Shown: positions 36,690-50,294, counted from the first letter of the whole stretch. The stretch is DNA of 63,737 nt, filler included, from Octopus bimaculoides (GCF_001194135.2; 6 parts of 6 records of this genome joined end to end with filler, not necessarily neighbours in it); one strand, 5' to 3'. Made by a program: numbers and translations. Notes: generated from the sequence alone by a model not told the origin.

Positions 36690-38200
36690 TATTCGGTCTT
36701 AGTTTGATTTTTTATGAATATATTTTCTTTGTTTATATTTACTTGGTTAGTGGTATTGACTTAACAATGGCAAAGTGGAAAGGCTTGGAATTTGGGAGAT
36801 TTATTTTTTGCACATATGTCTATGTGACCACTTATCTGTCTAGTCCTACAATCTTGTTTTTCCTTTTTTAAAAATGTTTCTATGAATAGTTAGTTTATTT
36901 CTAAGAGTGAGTTTTGTTTGACCTATGTATTCCGCATTACATATTTTATATTGAATTACAAATATTAAATTTTTTAATGAACAGGTAAAATAATTTTTTA
37001 TGGTAAATATCTGCCCTGGGTTATATATTTATTATCTTCAATGAAGTTGATGCAAGTCGTACAATTAGGGTGGCCACACTTTTTGACTGTTGGTACAGGG
37101 TTTGTGGAGGGTAATTTAACACTGGGGTGTCTTGAGAGATCTTGATTGTTTTTTGCTTTTGACTATCGTTTTGTGTATTTCGAGTGCTTGTTTCATTCTT
37201 TGGTCTTGTCTCAAGAGTGGAACGTTCTAGTGGATAATATTGGAAACAACTGTGTTTTTTGGGGTCGTGTATTGTAATAAAGGGTAGAGTATTGAGTGTA
37301 TCTAAACTGTTTTTTGTTTTTCACAATTCTCGAATATCTATTGCTTTGGCACACTCTATTCCATTGTCTATTAACATTGATGGATATTTTCTCCTGAGTA
37401 GTGTTTGTTTTAATTCCTGAAGTCTTTTATTACAAGTTTCACCATTTGAAATAATTGTGCAGATTCTTCTTACTCAATTAAAATGAATATTACTCTTTGT
37501 GTATTTGGGATTGCATGAGAACACCAGGTGTTGTTTAGATCCTGTTGGTTTGTAATGAATGTCTGTTTCAACGTTTTTTGTCAAATTTGATGATTAGAAT
37601 GTCCAGGAATGGTAGTCGTGTTTTACTGTATTCCACGGTGAAGTTAATAATACAGTTTACGTTGTTAATTAGGTTTTTGAAATCACTAAGTTGGTCAAAT
37701 ATGTGCGTCCACAAAATCGGGCAGTTATCTAAGTAATGTTTCCAGTTTTCTAGTAAATATTTATGGAAGTCCAGACAAAATTTTAATTTACATTGTTCAT
37801 ATGTCTGGACTTCCATGTATTTCATGACTAAATAAGTGTTCACCGGAGTGACTTTTGCACCCATTGCAGTCCCAGATATTTGTTTGTAAATATTGTCATT
37901 AAACTCAAAAAAGTTGTTTTCAAGGATGAATTTTAATCCTTCAGTAATGAAAAATTTTTTAATTCTGTCTGGGATTTTCATGAGGGATTTTTTTCTAGCC
38001 AAAAACCTATTACCTCTTGTCCATATTGGTGTGGGATCATGGTATAGAGGTTTACTACATCAAATGATACAATAATGGTTTCTTTGTTAACAGTTTTACA
38101 GAGGTGATTTAACAGCTCGAGGTTGTCCCTTACAAGACTTGGCATTTATTTTTAAATAAGTTTTCTTTTTTAGTAATATATCTAAAAAAATTACTGAGTC
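36690..38200 (-). mobile_element. Penelope-like element RT + GIY-YIG fragment
   Basis: ORF 37568-38002 has KQISGTAMGAKVTP, WKHYLDNC (YxDD with D to N), INFTVE and LPFLDI. Downstream are TDI.YKP, CGHPNCTTC and CNAEYIGQTK. Confidence 0.92.
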
Positions 38201-38332
38201 TGTATGTTTCACAGTTCAGACTTGTTACAATTTGTCTAGATTTAAGGTCTGTGGGATATTTATACAATATGAAGTTGACTCTTTACATTGTGAGTGGATT
38301 TGGTAGACGGAAACTGAAAGAAACCCGTCGTA

Positions 38333-38379
<47 letters not shown>

Positions 38380-38711
38380 NNNNNNNNNNNNNNNNNNNNN
38401 NNNNNNNNNNNNNNNNNNNNNNNNNNNNNNNNNNNNNNNNNNNNNNNNNNNNNNNNNNNNNNNNNNNNNNNNNNNNNNNNNNNNNNNNNNNNNNNNNNNN
38501 NNNNNNNNNNNNNNNNNNNNNNNNNNNNNNNNNNNNNNNNNNNNNNNNNNNNNNNNNNNNNNNNNNNNNNNNNNNNNNNNNNNNNNNNNNNNNNNNNNNN
38601 NNNNNNNNNNNNNNNNNNNNNNNNNNNNNNNNNNNNNNNNNNNNNNNNNNNNNNNNNNNNNNNNNNNNNNNNNNNNNNNNNNNNNNNNNNNNNNNNNNNN
38701 NNNNNNNNNNN

Positions 38712-38759
<48 letters not shown>

Positions 38760-39064
38760 GCATATATATATATATATTGGCAGTAGTTCATATATCCAAA
38801 AAGAGGCATACTCTAAAGTAATATATTTTTTAAGAAGTTAAAAGTTATGGCTGGTAATAGAGTGACCATTGTTTTTGCATCTATAAAGCACTTAGCAGCA
38901 TAATTGACTCATCAGATTCAAATGGCTGAAGGTGCATAACCTCTCAACAACTGGAGGAAGAAATACGTAACGATCAGTTGGTTTTGTAAACAAAGAATTT
39001 TGCAGGCAGGATAGGATTAGTGTGACAGAGTTATCTCACAGTGATATTTGAAAGAGCTATGGTG

Positions 39065-39690
39065 GGATTATTCTAGAAATGGAGAATTCCAAGTCTGAAG
39101 TAGGAAATGTTTTACATGAGGGCATTGACTGAATTCTTCCTTCTTGGAGTTTAAAAACATCCCCGAGTCAAGTGAGTCTTATAGGATTCTTGCCCTCTCA
39201 GCCAAGCAAAGCTTACATCATTTGCTCCTGTTTATATAAACCCTGGTTGTTCAAAGAGCTTCCATTTAATTAAGTATGAAGTTCCTTCCTCTTTTCCTCT
39301 TTTAAGTGCCATATGTGATTGGCCAGTGATGTGATGTTGTGCCTTTCTGGTATCCTAAAAGAGGACTTGGGGTTGTTCAGATATTGCTTAAATTGGGGCA
39401 TGGTTGAACCGACATGTTTTTGTTTTTGTGTATTGGATGTGTTACCAATGCCAATATTTATTTCATTAACTCCAGATCTGATGTCGTCATCGTTGTTGCT
39501 GGAGTTGCTGCTGGTGCTGATATTCCTGGATGTGATTTCAGCTATAAGATTGGTGCTGCTGCTGCTGCCATCGCAACTGTTGGTATTGTTGTCTCTGCTG
39601 TTTGAAGTGTTGCATTCGCCAGCACCATTGCCTCTACCATTGTTGTCATCATATCCACTTACAACAGCAACAATGGCAGCAATAAAACTT
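39065..39690 (-). mobile_element. Second PLE GIY-YIG endonuclease fragment (different family)
   Basis: KHVGSTMPQFKQYLNNPKSSF...TSLANHIWHLK...IKW...CKLCLAE...FLNSKKEEFSQCPHVKHFLL, preceded in frame by an N/S/D-rich stretch. Confidence 0.85.
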
Positions 39691-39699
39691 GTATTTTAT

Positions 39700-39740
39700 T
39701 TTCCCTTAGAAAAGCAGACAAACTTTTTTAGCCAACCCAA
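39700..39740 (-). mobile_element. Mariner-like TIR fragment
   Basis: TA followed by TTGGGTTGGCTAAAAAAGTTTGTCTGCTTTT on the minus strand. Confidence 0.45.
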
Positions 39741-39789
39741 TATTAATTTTGCACTTCCAGATTTAGTTTCAAGAGATGGGCAAGTCTTC

Positions 39790-40130
39790 TTCAGCACTTC
39801 ATATTGCCGTTAATCATTCCACTCTTTTGTCATTTCTTCTGTGGACTTCAATGTCCTGAGATCAGTCTTCACTTCTTTCATCCAAAGTTTTTCTGGGTCT
39901 CCCTCTTTCTTAGTTTTCATCCATATGGAGTGTTCGCACACTTTTATTCAGTTGTACTCATCCATACGTATTGCATGTCCAGACCAGTACTATCTTCATT
40001 CTTTCATTCACACACCCCTTATGCCTAATTTTTCTTTCAACACATTTGTCCTTTGTTGTTCACGCATATTCACATTCTATATTCAACAGAGCATGCTAGG
40101 TTAATGTCATTCTAGTCTTCACACATCAAC
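39790..40130 (-). mobile_element. RTE-clade LINE 3' coding fragment
   Basis: YWSGHAIRMDE...EGRPRKT... matches the RTE C-terminal W.GHV.RM...RGRP.KTW pattern. Confidence 0.7.
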
Positions 40131-40377
40131 TGCTATCAAGACCCATATCTTCCAGAATTAAGAGATGAAATTTTGTTAATGCTGATTTTCTGTGGCCAGA
40201 TGCACTTTATGTCCCCACACCTTATCTGTTTCCAGGTAAGGTAATATTTTCATTTGTCCAGGCATAGTTGTCACGGAAGCCTGGAAGCAAATAACACCAC
40301 TGAGAGGATGGTGATGCAATCACCACATGATATCAAGCCAAGGGTATGCACAAAGGCATATATATGATATATATATG

Positions 40378-40610
40378 TTATTTCTTTACTACCCACAAGG
40401 GGCTACACACAGAGGGGACAAACAAGGACAGACAAACGGATTAAGTCGATTACATCGACCTCAGTGCGTAACTGGTACTTATTTAATCGACCCCGAAAGG
40501 ATGAAAGGCAAAGTCGACCTCGACGGAATTTGAACTCAGAACGTAGCGGCAGACGAAATACCGCTAAGCATTTCGCCCGGCGTGTTAACGTTTCTGCCAG
40601 CTCGCCGCCT
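40378..40610 (-). mobile_element. tRNA-derived SINE family A (Nin/Deu-like central domain), full length
   Basis: Head GGCGGCGAGCTGGCAGAA, B-box-like GAGTTCAAATTCC, core GTCGACTTTGCCTTTCATCCTTTCGGGGTCGAT, tail AAAGAAATAA. Confidence 0.85.
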
Positions 40611-40764
40611 TTTATATATATGATATATATATGTATATATGTATGCATGCATGCATGTATGTATGTATGTATGTATGTATGTATGTATGTATGTATGTAT
40701 GTATGTATGCATGTATGTATATGTATCTATATGTACACACATGCACATACTCGCACACACATGT

Positions 40765-41020
40765 ACATCATCATCATCATCATCATCATCTTTTAACGTC
40801 CGCTTTCCATGCTAGCATGGGTTGGACGATTTGACTGAGGACTGGTGAAACCGGATGGCAACACCAGGCTCCAGTCTGATTTGGCAGAGTTTCTACAGCT
40901 GGATGCCCTTCCTAACGCCAACCACTCAGAGAGTGTAGTGGGTGCTTTTACGTGTCACCCGCACGAAAACGGCCACGCTCGAAATGGTGTCTTTTATGTG
41001 CCACCCGCACAAGCCAGTCC
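40765..41020 (-). mobile_element. RTE-type LINE/SINE 3' end with (TGA)n tail
   Basis: (CAT)n followed by TTTAACGTCCGCTTTCCATGCT...GGATGCCCTTCCTAACGCCAACC on the plus strand. Confidence 0.55.
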
Positions 41021-41499
41021 NNNNNNNNNNNNNNNNNNNNNNNNNNNNNNNNNNNNNNNNNNNNTTAATTAATTAANNNNNNNNNNNNNNNNNNNNNNNN
41101 NNNNNNNNNNNNNNNNNNNNGTATGTATGTATGTATGTATCTACCTATCTATCTATCTATCTATCTATATACCCGAACTCATTTAATCACGATGCCTTCT
41201 GGCTGAAATTTCTCTTTCCGTTCCAGATCTTAGACGAGAATGATTAAAGGTATTCTTGAGAAAAGGCTTTGTTACAACTAATATTTTCCTTTCATCACTT
41301 ACCGGTATAATTCCTATTGACTGAAAAGAAACTTTTGGTTTATATCGGCTCACTTAAAAGTTGTCCTCTGATAACGAAGTATTTCGCAAAGCGTCCTGAG
41401 TTGGTGCTTTAGAGTGATTAGCTCTCCGTCAAGAGCTTGGCCTCAAGAGTCTTCGTAGAGTTTTGTTATTTTTTGCATAATATATAATCGGTGAAATGT

Positions 41500-42420
41500 G
41501 CATTTTTATCATCATTACATTTTATTATCGTCGTTAACAATCCAATATAGAGGGGCAGTTTGTTGATGTTTCTTTCTTGTATGTTTTTCACTTGGGTTGC
41601 TTCTGTTTAGTAACTTCTTTAGCACATACACTGGGGGTTTCGTCTCGGTGGGATTTTTTCTTTATTAAGAGTAGTACCAACTTTGTATAGGAAGGTATTA
41701 ATTTTGCAGTAATTAACCTCACGTAACTCCATGTGCTCGCCAGCAACATCATCGATAACTTTTAACATAAGAGCAGTCGGGTTTTTGTTTTCCTTATATC
41801 TTGTTAAGAATGGCCAGTCACTCAATGGCAGCTTAGAAACTAGAAAAGGTTTTTTTCTTAACTTTTATGAACGGTTGTTCTTAAGTTGAACATATTCCAC
41901 AGTCATCTTTGTTGAATCCACTAAATATGAAGATGATAACGACAGCGGTAAGGCCTTGCTACTTTCTTTTCGATCACTCTTGTAGCAGATTTTGGTTGGT
42001 TCTCAATATTTTAAGATGTTCTCTTAACATCACGGGAGTTGAAATAACAATTGCTGTTTGCGGTAGAAACTTTTTTTTCGAAGAAAGACGCTTGTTGCTC
42101 AAGATGTTTTGCAATAAAATAATTTAAGTTTGGATGAGCTTCGTTACAGTATTTTTATTATTTTGCCGCTTCATAAAGCTGATAGAAGGCTTATTTCATC
42201 TCGGGTTTATCATAGCTCCAAAGTAGTGATCTATACTTCAATGTTAAGACCTTGTGAAGTGAGAGGAGTATTTACATCGTCACAACTCACAGATGTCATA
42301 GTACTTTTTGTGTTGCTATCAATGTTGATAATGCAGCTCTCAATATTAATGGCAAGCTATCAATACTGATGGCAAATACGGGACTCCACATGGTGTAAGA
42401 TATAGATTTGTCATCTGGCT
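41500..42420 (-). mobile_element. Very degenerate PLE-like RT
   Basis: Weak collinear similarity (ILxNxxF...FLPQT, ...KDDC); many stops. Confidence 0.35.
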
Positions 42421-42939
42421 TGAATAACATTACATTGAGTAAAAGTCGTTTCTCTTATTTATAACCGAAGAAATAAATCAGTTAGTGATTTAGGCAAGAG
42501 GGGTCGGAATAATTGTGGAACAAAACATACAAAAGATAGATAGATAGATAACTTTCTTTTATTAGCCGCTCAGGGCTGCACACAGAGGGGATGAAATACC
42601 ACAAGTTATAGAAAATACGTATTCGCCTTTATATATTTAATCCTTTATATTGAACACTCAGTATTTCATCTATTCAATAAGACATATTCCATATATTCAA
42701 TAAGACATTCAATACTTTATTTCATTGTACCATCGATTTTTATTTTATATTATATATTGTATATTATATTATATATTATATATTGTATATTCCATATTCT
42801 ATATCCCACATTGGTTTTGCAGGAATATAAATAAAACATAAAAAACAGACAGTGTTGGAACTCGTTTAAACAAAATAATATATTCCTCTATACACAATCA
42901 TACAAAACCCCTTTTTTTGTATTTATTTTTACTCGCATA

Positions 42940-43163
42940 TACACACACTGTGTATATGTTTGTATGTATGTGTTTGTCCCCCCAACATCGCTTGACAACC
43001 GATGCTGGTGTGTTTATGTCCCCGTAACTTAGCGGTTCGGCCAGAGAGGCCGATAGAATAAGTACTAAGCTTACAAAGAATAAGCTCTGGGGTCGATTTG
43101 CTCGACTAAATGTGGTGCTCCAGCATGGCCGCCGTCAAATGACTGAAACAAGTAAAAGAATAA
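42940..43163 (+). mobile_element. Family B SINE 3' half
   Basis: Same 3' half as 24250-24458. Confidence 0.85.
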
Positions 43164-45254
43164 NNNNNNNNNNNNNNNNNNNNNNNNNNNNNNNNNNNNN
43201 NNNNNNNTTAATTAATTAANNNNNNNNNNNNNNNNNNNNNNNNNNNNNNNNNNNNNNNNNNNNATATATATATATGACCACAGTCTAATAACTGAAACAA
43301 GTAAAAGATATATATGTATGTACTCATACATTCGGGCACGCACAGTACTCTCACATGTACATAGGTATAGTCATGCAAACACGCGCGCGCACACACACAC
43401 GCAGACACACACAAGCAATGACACACACATAAACACACATATATATATCCCGATACTATAATCTCNNNNNNNNNNATCTCTCTCGAAAGTTACTTTTGCA
43501 AAGAAAAAACGCTTTTCTCTAATCCAGTCTTCTTTTCAGAACGATGATACACACACTAGTTTCCATCTCACTAGTTTCCAAAATTTTATTTTCTCATCCA
43601 TATGTGCCTTCGTGTCGTTATCTGGCAAAATTGTAACATCAATGATTCGCTTTAATTAGAAGCATCATTTAATGCTATTTACATGGTTTCTAATTGCGAA
43701 TGATATCTTGGCGGAATTCCACTTGATGTAATCCGTGCAGCACGGTCCACCTGTCGCTCTCTCTTCTAAGCAGCGATTTCTTTGCCTAGTGCAGCAGTTC
43801 AACCTTATGTTGTCTCAACCGGCATTATATATATATATATATATATGATATATCAGTAGAAGGAACTTTTTTTACAACAGTAAAACAGCAAACGCTTTTA
43901 ATATTTAATATTTAATATTTTAATAAAGTTTTTATTTTTCTTGGTGTTCAAATTTCATTATTTCATTATAAAACTAACGATTCCAAGTTGATGAGTATTG
44001 AACTGTCACGTTTCAAGAAAGGGACGATTTTGAAACAGGTGAAACAAGTAATGAGTGAAACTTGCATATATATATATCGATTTAACTGATGGTTTCAAAG
44101 AATATTTAGATATTCAAAGAGATCTTCAATGACTTAATCTCGACAATGCATTGCTGTAGGATTGTGCTTAATTTAGTATTTTCATGAACGTGAAATTAAA
44201 GCCTTGAAAACAGAGTAGAGTCTTTTTTTTTAATACTTCAATGTACTCCCAAGACGAAATGTTCATTTTTGTTTTGGTGTTCGCCTAACAAATTAGGATC
44301 CTAATTGATAGAACTAACAATTAAAACGCCCTTAAATTGTGCTTTACCCTTTTATATAAGAACACTTGAAAAATATAAATCCAACTAGATGCGATATTTA
44401 CGGCCAGAATGCTTTTGATCTGAGAAGCTGATAGCAACAAATACCAACGCACTCTCAGCATTACTCCAACATCTATGAAGATCTAGTATTTCCGATACAA
44501 GCTTTACATTTCATTTAAATGTTTCAATATTTATGTACCTAATAACTTGTAAGTAGAAGAATAATTAAGTTGTCATCTGCTTATGAAAGAAGTGGATTAA
44601 AAGTAGATTAATTATTTGACAGAAGATAATGAAATTTGTTCTCAAGAAGTAGAAACCTAAACAATTCTTTAGAAAATCACTGCTAAATTTATTTATTTTT
44701 TGTTGTAATTCACAGGTTCTACACAGGTCCTACACTCCTAGCAAGCTATGATTTCACCTGCTTGAGGTTTAAACTACGAACTCGAAAATGTCGTGTATTC
44801 AGTGAGAAGAACCTGGACATGATATCCCACCTACACTGTTTAGTCATGCTTTGCATATCTGGAAGATCTGGCAGTGAACACAGAGGACATGAATGAGATG
44901 ATGTTAACCGGGTCACGAAAGATTTGCACTTCGTTTGTGTTTATCACTAGCACTACTTTGATACGGTTATTAACACTGGTGCTATTTATGTGCATGTGAA
45001 ATGGAATTTGTTCAGACAGAAAATGATAGTGTTGCAATAATATTTCTGTTGTGTGGCAAATGTGTTTGTGTGTTTATTGGCAAACGTAGCCAAACCAGTC
45101 AATAAACGTCCCACTGTGTGGTGGTACAACTCGCTAGAAGTGGCAGAAAAATTCTCCTCAAGCGAGCGGCTCAAAAGAACTTATATGAAAAATAATGTGT
45201 TATCATGTGAAACTTAAAACACATCAAATCTGCTAAACAAGCTTTATACATATA

Positions 45255-45589
45255 GAGTGGCTGTGTGGTAAGTAGCTTGCTTACCAACCACATAGTTCCG
45301 GGTTCAGTCCCACTGCGTGGCACCTTGGGCAAGTATCTTCTACTATAGCCTCGGGCCGACCAAAGCCTTGTGAGTGGATTTGGTGGACGAAACTGAAAGA
45401 AGCCCGTCGTATATATGCATATATATGTATGTGTGTGTATATGTTTGTGTGTCTGGGTTTGTCCCCCCCCCACCCACCAACATCACTTGACAACCGATGC
45501 TGGTGTGTTTACGTCCTCGTAACTTAGCGGTTCGGCAAAAAGAGCCCGATAGAATAAATACTAGGCTTACAAAGAATAAGTCCTGGGGT
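45255..45589 (+). mobile_element. Family B SINE
   Basis: Same head and 3' half; ends in a gap. Confidence 0.9.
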
Positions 45590-46427
45590 NNNNNNNNNNN
45601 NNNNNNNNNNNNNNNNNNNNNNNNNNNNNNNNNNNNNNNNNNNNNNNNNNNNNNNNNNNNNNNNNNNNNNNNNNNNNNNNNNNNNNNNNNNNNNNNNNNN
45701 NNNNNNNNNNNNNNNNNNNNNNNNNNNNNNNNNNNNNNNNNNNNNNNNNNNNNNNNNNNNNNNNNNNNNNNNNNNNNNNNNNNNNNNNNNNNNNNNNNNN
45801 NNNNATATATATACTTCGGTTATTGGGCTGCAGCCTTGCTGGGGCTCTACCTTGAAGGGTTTAGTCGGTGAAATCAACCACAGTACTTAATTTTTAAGTA
45901 TGATATTTATTACTATTGGTATGTTTTGCCAACCACTAACTAGAATGTAAACAAACCAACAACAATTGTCGGGCTGTGGTTGGTTCAGTCATAAAAACTA
46001 AGACACACACACACGCGTATACACACACGCGTATACACACACACGCGTATACACACACACGCGTATACACACACACGCGTATACACACACACATACACAT
46101 GCACACATTCACTAACATATATGTATATGAGTGCATGCGTGGAAGCAGTGCATTAGTTGCCTGACAGAAAATCCTGTACTTTGTTCTCAAGAAGTAGAAA
46201 CCTGAAAAATTCTTTAGATCTGTTGGCTGTTGATAGCACGCAGTCCAAATTAATTATTAGTAATTTGAACGATTGTTTTAATTTACAAGTCCAACACTCC
46301 AAACAAGCCTTCAAGAATCTGTGGATTAAACTACGAACTCGAAAATTTAGTCGTTTATTTAATGGGTTTTATTGAGGACAGTCTAGACATATTATTCTAC
46401 CTTTACAGTTCATAAATATATATACAT

Positions 46428-46570
46428 ACTACAGGTTTCTTTTAGTTATTGTCTACCAAAATCCATTTTAGGTTTTGCTCAGTCCGGGGTTATAGAAGAC
46501 ACATGCCCAAGGACTGAAGCTAAAACCACGTGATTGAGAAACAAACTTCTTACCACACAACCACAGCTGC
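46428..46570 (-). mobile_element. Degenerate family B SINE head next to the Tc1 left TIR
   Basis: GTCTACCAAAATCCA...TAGAAGACACATGCCCAAGG...CTTACCACACA. Confidence 0.6.
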
Positions 46571-46587
46571 ATCTATATATACATATA

Positions 46588-47795
46588 CAAGGGTTGGACA
46601 AAATCATGGAAACACCTAGCATCATAGATTCATGATTTTGAAATATCTATAAAACCGCCGACAGCTTGTTTATTTTTAGGGCTTTTGATTTCTTATTAGT
46701 GCTGCTTCATATGTTTTGTTAAAAATTGCTGTTTCTTTTCAGATATCATCAGAAAAAATTAATATTCTTCAAGATGACAGATCTATCGGACTTTCAAAGA
46801 AGTCAAATGGTTGGTGCTCGTATCACAGGCGCTATGGTAACGAAAACAGCCGAAATATTTGGTGCATCAAGAAGTACCGTATCGAAAGTAATGATAGCCT
46901 TTGAGAAAAACCTTGACAAAACAAAACTCCGGAAGAAAACCAAAACTTTCAGATACGCGAATTGTTAGAAAGGATCACAAAAGTACAGCTCCCAGAATTA
47001 CTGCAGAGATTAATGACCACCTTAAGAACCCAGTTTCTACAAAAACTGTTCGCCGGGATCTGCACAAAGCCGGATTTCACAGGAGAGCTGCAATCAGAAA
47101 ACCACTACTTTCAAAAACAAATGTTGCAAAACGTTTAGGGTGGAGTAAAAACCTACAGAATTGGTCCCTAGAGCAGTGGAAGAATGTAATGTTCTCGAAC
47201 GAGTTATCCTTTACCTTATTTCCAACCACTGGCCGAGTATACGTGTGAAGACAGCTAAAAGAAGCATTTGACCCAGACGACCTTCTTCCAATTGTTAAAC
47301 ACGGAGGAGGTTCTGTGATAATTTGGCGGGGGGTTATATCTTGGTAATCCGCCAACCCAATGGTTTCCTTTCATAGCGGAATTAATATTCAAGACTATTT
47401 AAGCATTTTATCCGATAAAATTCATCCTTTGGTTGCGGAACTGTTTCCGGAAGGAAATGCGATCTTTCAGGATGATAATTCACCAATTCACACAGCTAAA
47501 TATTTTACTGAATGGCACGAGGAATATTCTAGTGAAGTTGAACATCTTATCTCGACAGTCTCCAGATCTCAAGAATAAGTAAGGAGTCGATATCCTCCAC
47601 CATCATCACTACAAGAACTGGAGACTGTTTTAGGTGAAGAATGGGCAAAAATTCCTTTGGAAACAATTCAAACTTTGTACGAGTTCATACCTCGTAGGAT
47701 TCAAGCTGTAATTACTGTCAAAGGTGGTCCTACTCCGTATTAAAATAAATTTGCTTGGAATTTTAAGGTGTTTCCATTATTTTGTCCAACCCTTG
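46588..47795 (+). mobile_element. Tc1-family DNA transposon, full length with disrupted transposase
   Basis: 30-bp TIRs (46588-46617 and 47766-47795, one mismatch) flanked by TA. Transposase runs from ATG 46774 to TAA 47743 with motifs GRKPKLS, WKNVMFSNE (D to N), KHGGGSV, FQDDNSPIH, SPDL and GGPTPY; it has frameshifts and stops. Confidence 0.95.
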
Positions 47796-49080
47796 TATAT
47801 ATATACATACACGAGGAGATTTCTCGTCAGATAAGCATTTTTGATTCATTTTTTTTTCTTTGAGAATAATAATTAGTGGGAAGTTAAATATTCCAAACCT
47901 GACAAAATCTTGTATTAATTAATTAAGAACTGCGATCTTATTAAGTGATCTCTTTACTCTGGAACACTTCGTGTCAGTTATGTTACTCAGCATCCAAAAT
48001 TATATACATCAAGCGATTTCTAATCCTTCTAAATTTCATTTGTGCTATCGAAAGCGTTTGGTGCAAAAAATACTTGAAGATTTCTTATGCTTCTTTCATC
48101 TATAAGAGGATCCGATTTTGGCATTATACACAATCAAACAAGCAAATTATTCACCATTTAGAGGTTGTTTGATTAATGTTCTCTCACTCAGTCGTTCTCT
48201 CTTTGTTCTTACACAATTTGCTTCAAGGTATATTGGCAGGTAATAATCAAAGATTTACAAAGGGAGCCGCATATAACCTGTGATAGTCACCGAACACATG
48301 CCTCCTTAGCCTAAGAACAGATATTTTATCCAATCAGCCATTTTGTCTCTTCCTCTTTGTTGCGATGATGAAATTTTGTTAAAATCTATTCAAATCAGAG
48401 ATAAGGTTCGGCAAAATAGAATGAATTATCTTTATCATTGATTAAATGAAAATCTGAAAAAAAACAAAACAAAAAAATATGGTGGCGGTCTCGATAGAAT
48501 TAGGGCCTAGATTATTTTATTACCAAAAGCCAATTTAATTATCAGTCAAGCCGCTGCTTACGTAATAAAAATAAACGTGCCGCATGCAAGAACTGGAAAT
48601 ACACGAGAAAGCAAAACTAGGTTTTCGAGAAAAGGAAGACAGGACGGGAGTGAAAGAGAGGGAGAGAAAGACAGAGAGAGAGAGAGAAAAGCAGAGAGTG
48701 AGAGAGGAGCAGTTTTTTAAAGTAACACTTAATTTTATTAATATACTTGCTTCTTTTTTAAATAACAATCAAAAGAATAATAGAAGATAATCAATAAATT
48801 CAAATATTTTTCTCATCCCACAAGGAAAAAAAATGAGAGAAAATTATAGATGTTACAGATGAATAAAAATGGGAAATTATTTCTCTAGCCGATAGACTTC
48901 TAAAGAACTTTTGCACACATGCACATATATGTGTGTGTGTGTGTGTCTGTGTGTAGACATAAATGCTCATACAAATATATGATTGCGTGTGTATGTATGT
49001 TAGGTGGGTCTGTTTATAACTGGAATGCCTACTTTCTTGTAAGAGCCTGTGCTTGTATTATGTATGTGCATGTGTTTGTG

Positions 49081-49135
<55 letters not shown>

Positions 49136-49139
49136 TTGT

Positions 49140-49200
<61 letters not shown>

Positions 49201-50017
49201 TGTGTGTGAATCTACGTGGATGTATGGATTTGTGGTTATACCCTTGTGTAAATGTCTATTTGTGCAATGTATACGGAATACAGGTATAAAGAGATTTAAA
49301 ATGCAGTTTCTTTCTAACGCGAGAATTATTAGACGATGGCACAAATCGAACCAAACGGAAAGGTCTAGATGACGAACAATCTTAAGTAATAGCAACTCTC
49401 CCCCTTCCTCCCTCTCCCCAAAGATAGAGTTGTGGAGAAATAAAAGAAAGAAGAAATAAAAACTCACAAATTCATACGTGAAAATCAACAAGAAACATAC
49501 ATAAATACATACATAAATGCATACATACATTTACACACACACATATGTTTACACGCACACACACGCATCTCTATGTATATATTGTTGTCTTTGACGTATT
49601 TTAATAACACTTCATAACACAGTAATATATTTGGCACAAAAATACTTTATTTAAAACATGCGCTTTTTATAACATTACAATTAGTTTTCAGTCAACTGCC
49701 GTTTATTGTTATGAGATATTTCCTTTATCTTTTTATATCACATTTATGGCTCGGAGTTCCAAATTTCGTTTGTAGATTTCCGATACTACAGAAATGTTTC
49801 TCTTTATTTTTGTTTTGCAGTTTTTCTTCCGTTTAAATTTTCTTTTATATAAAACTAACGAGCCCAAGTTTTTAAATATAATTATACAAACTGAGAGACC
49901 TTTATAGAATAATAATTAGGGATCAACAAATTGTAGGATTTAAGACTAAGGGTTCCATTTTTGCCTCCTCATGAAGTCAGTTTTCTGTTTGCTAAAATGC
50001 ATATGAAAAAGTAAAGC

Positions 50018-50053
50018 AGCAGTAGGAGTAGTAATAGTAGAAGCAGCAGCAGC

Positions 50054-50152
<99 letters not shown>

Positions 50153-50200
50153 CGCCGTTGTCGTCGTAATGGTAGTATTAGTGATATTAGCAGTAGTAAC
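50018..50200. repeat. (TAG)n microsatellite
   Basis: Directly visible. Confidence 0.95.
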
Positions 50201-50294
50201 AGCTGAGGGTTTCTTGATTTTTAAAATATTCAATGCTTCATGTATTACTTCAGCCAAAAGCATGCATGTCTGTTACGTTGTTAATCTTGGAAGC

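Noticed and set aside
38860-38925. CTGATGA on the minus strand just 3' of the second PLE GIY-YIG
   Set aside because: GAAA is absent (GCAAAAAC) and stem I does not pair; at most a dead relic.
39755-39800. CTGAAGA...GAAAC on the minus strand
   Set aside because: Stems I and III do not pair; probably chance.
40826-40860. CTGAGGA-CTGGT-GAAACCGG hammerhead-like core
   Set aside because: Only 5 nt between the half-cores, with no stem II and no stem I pairing.
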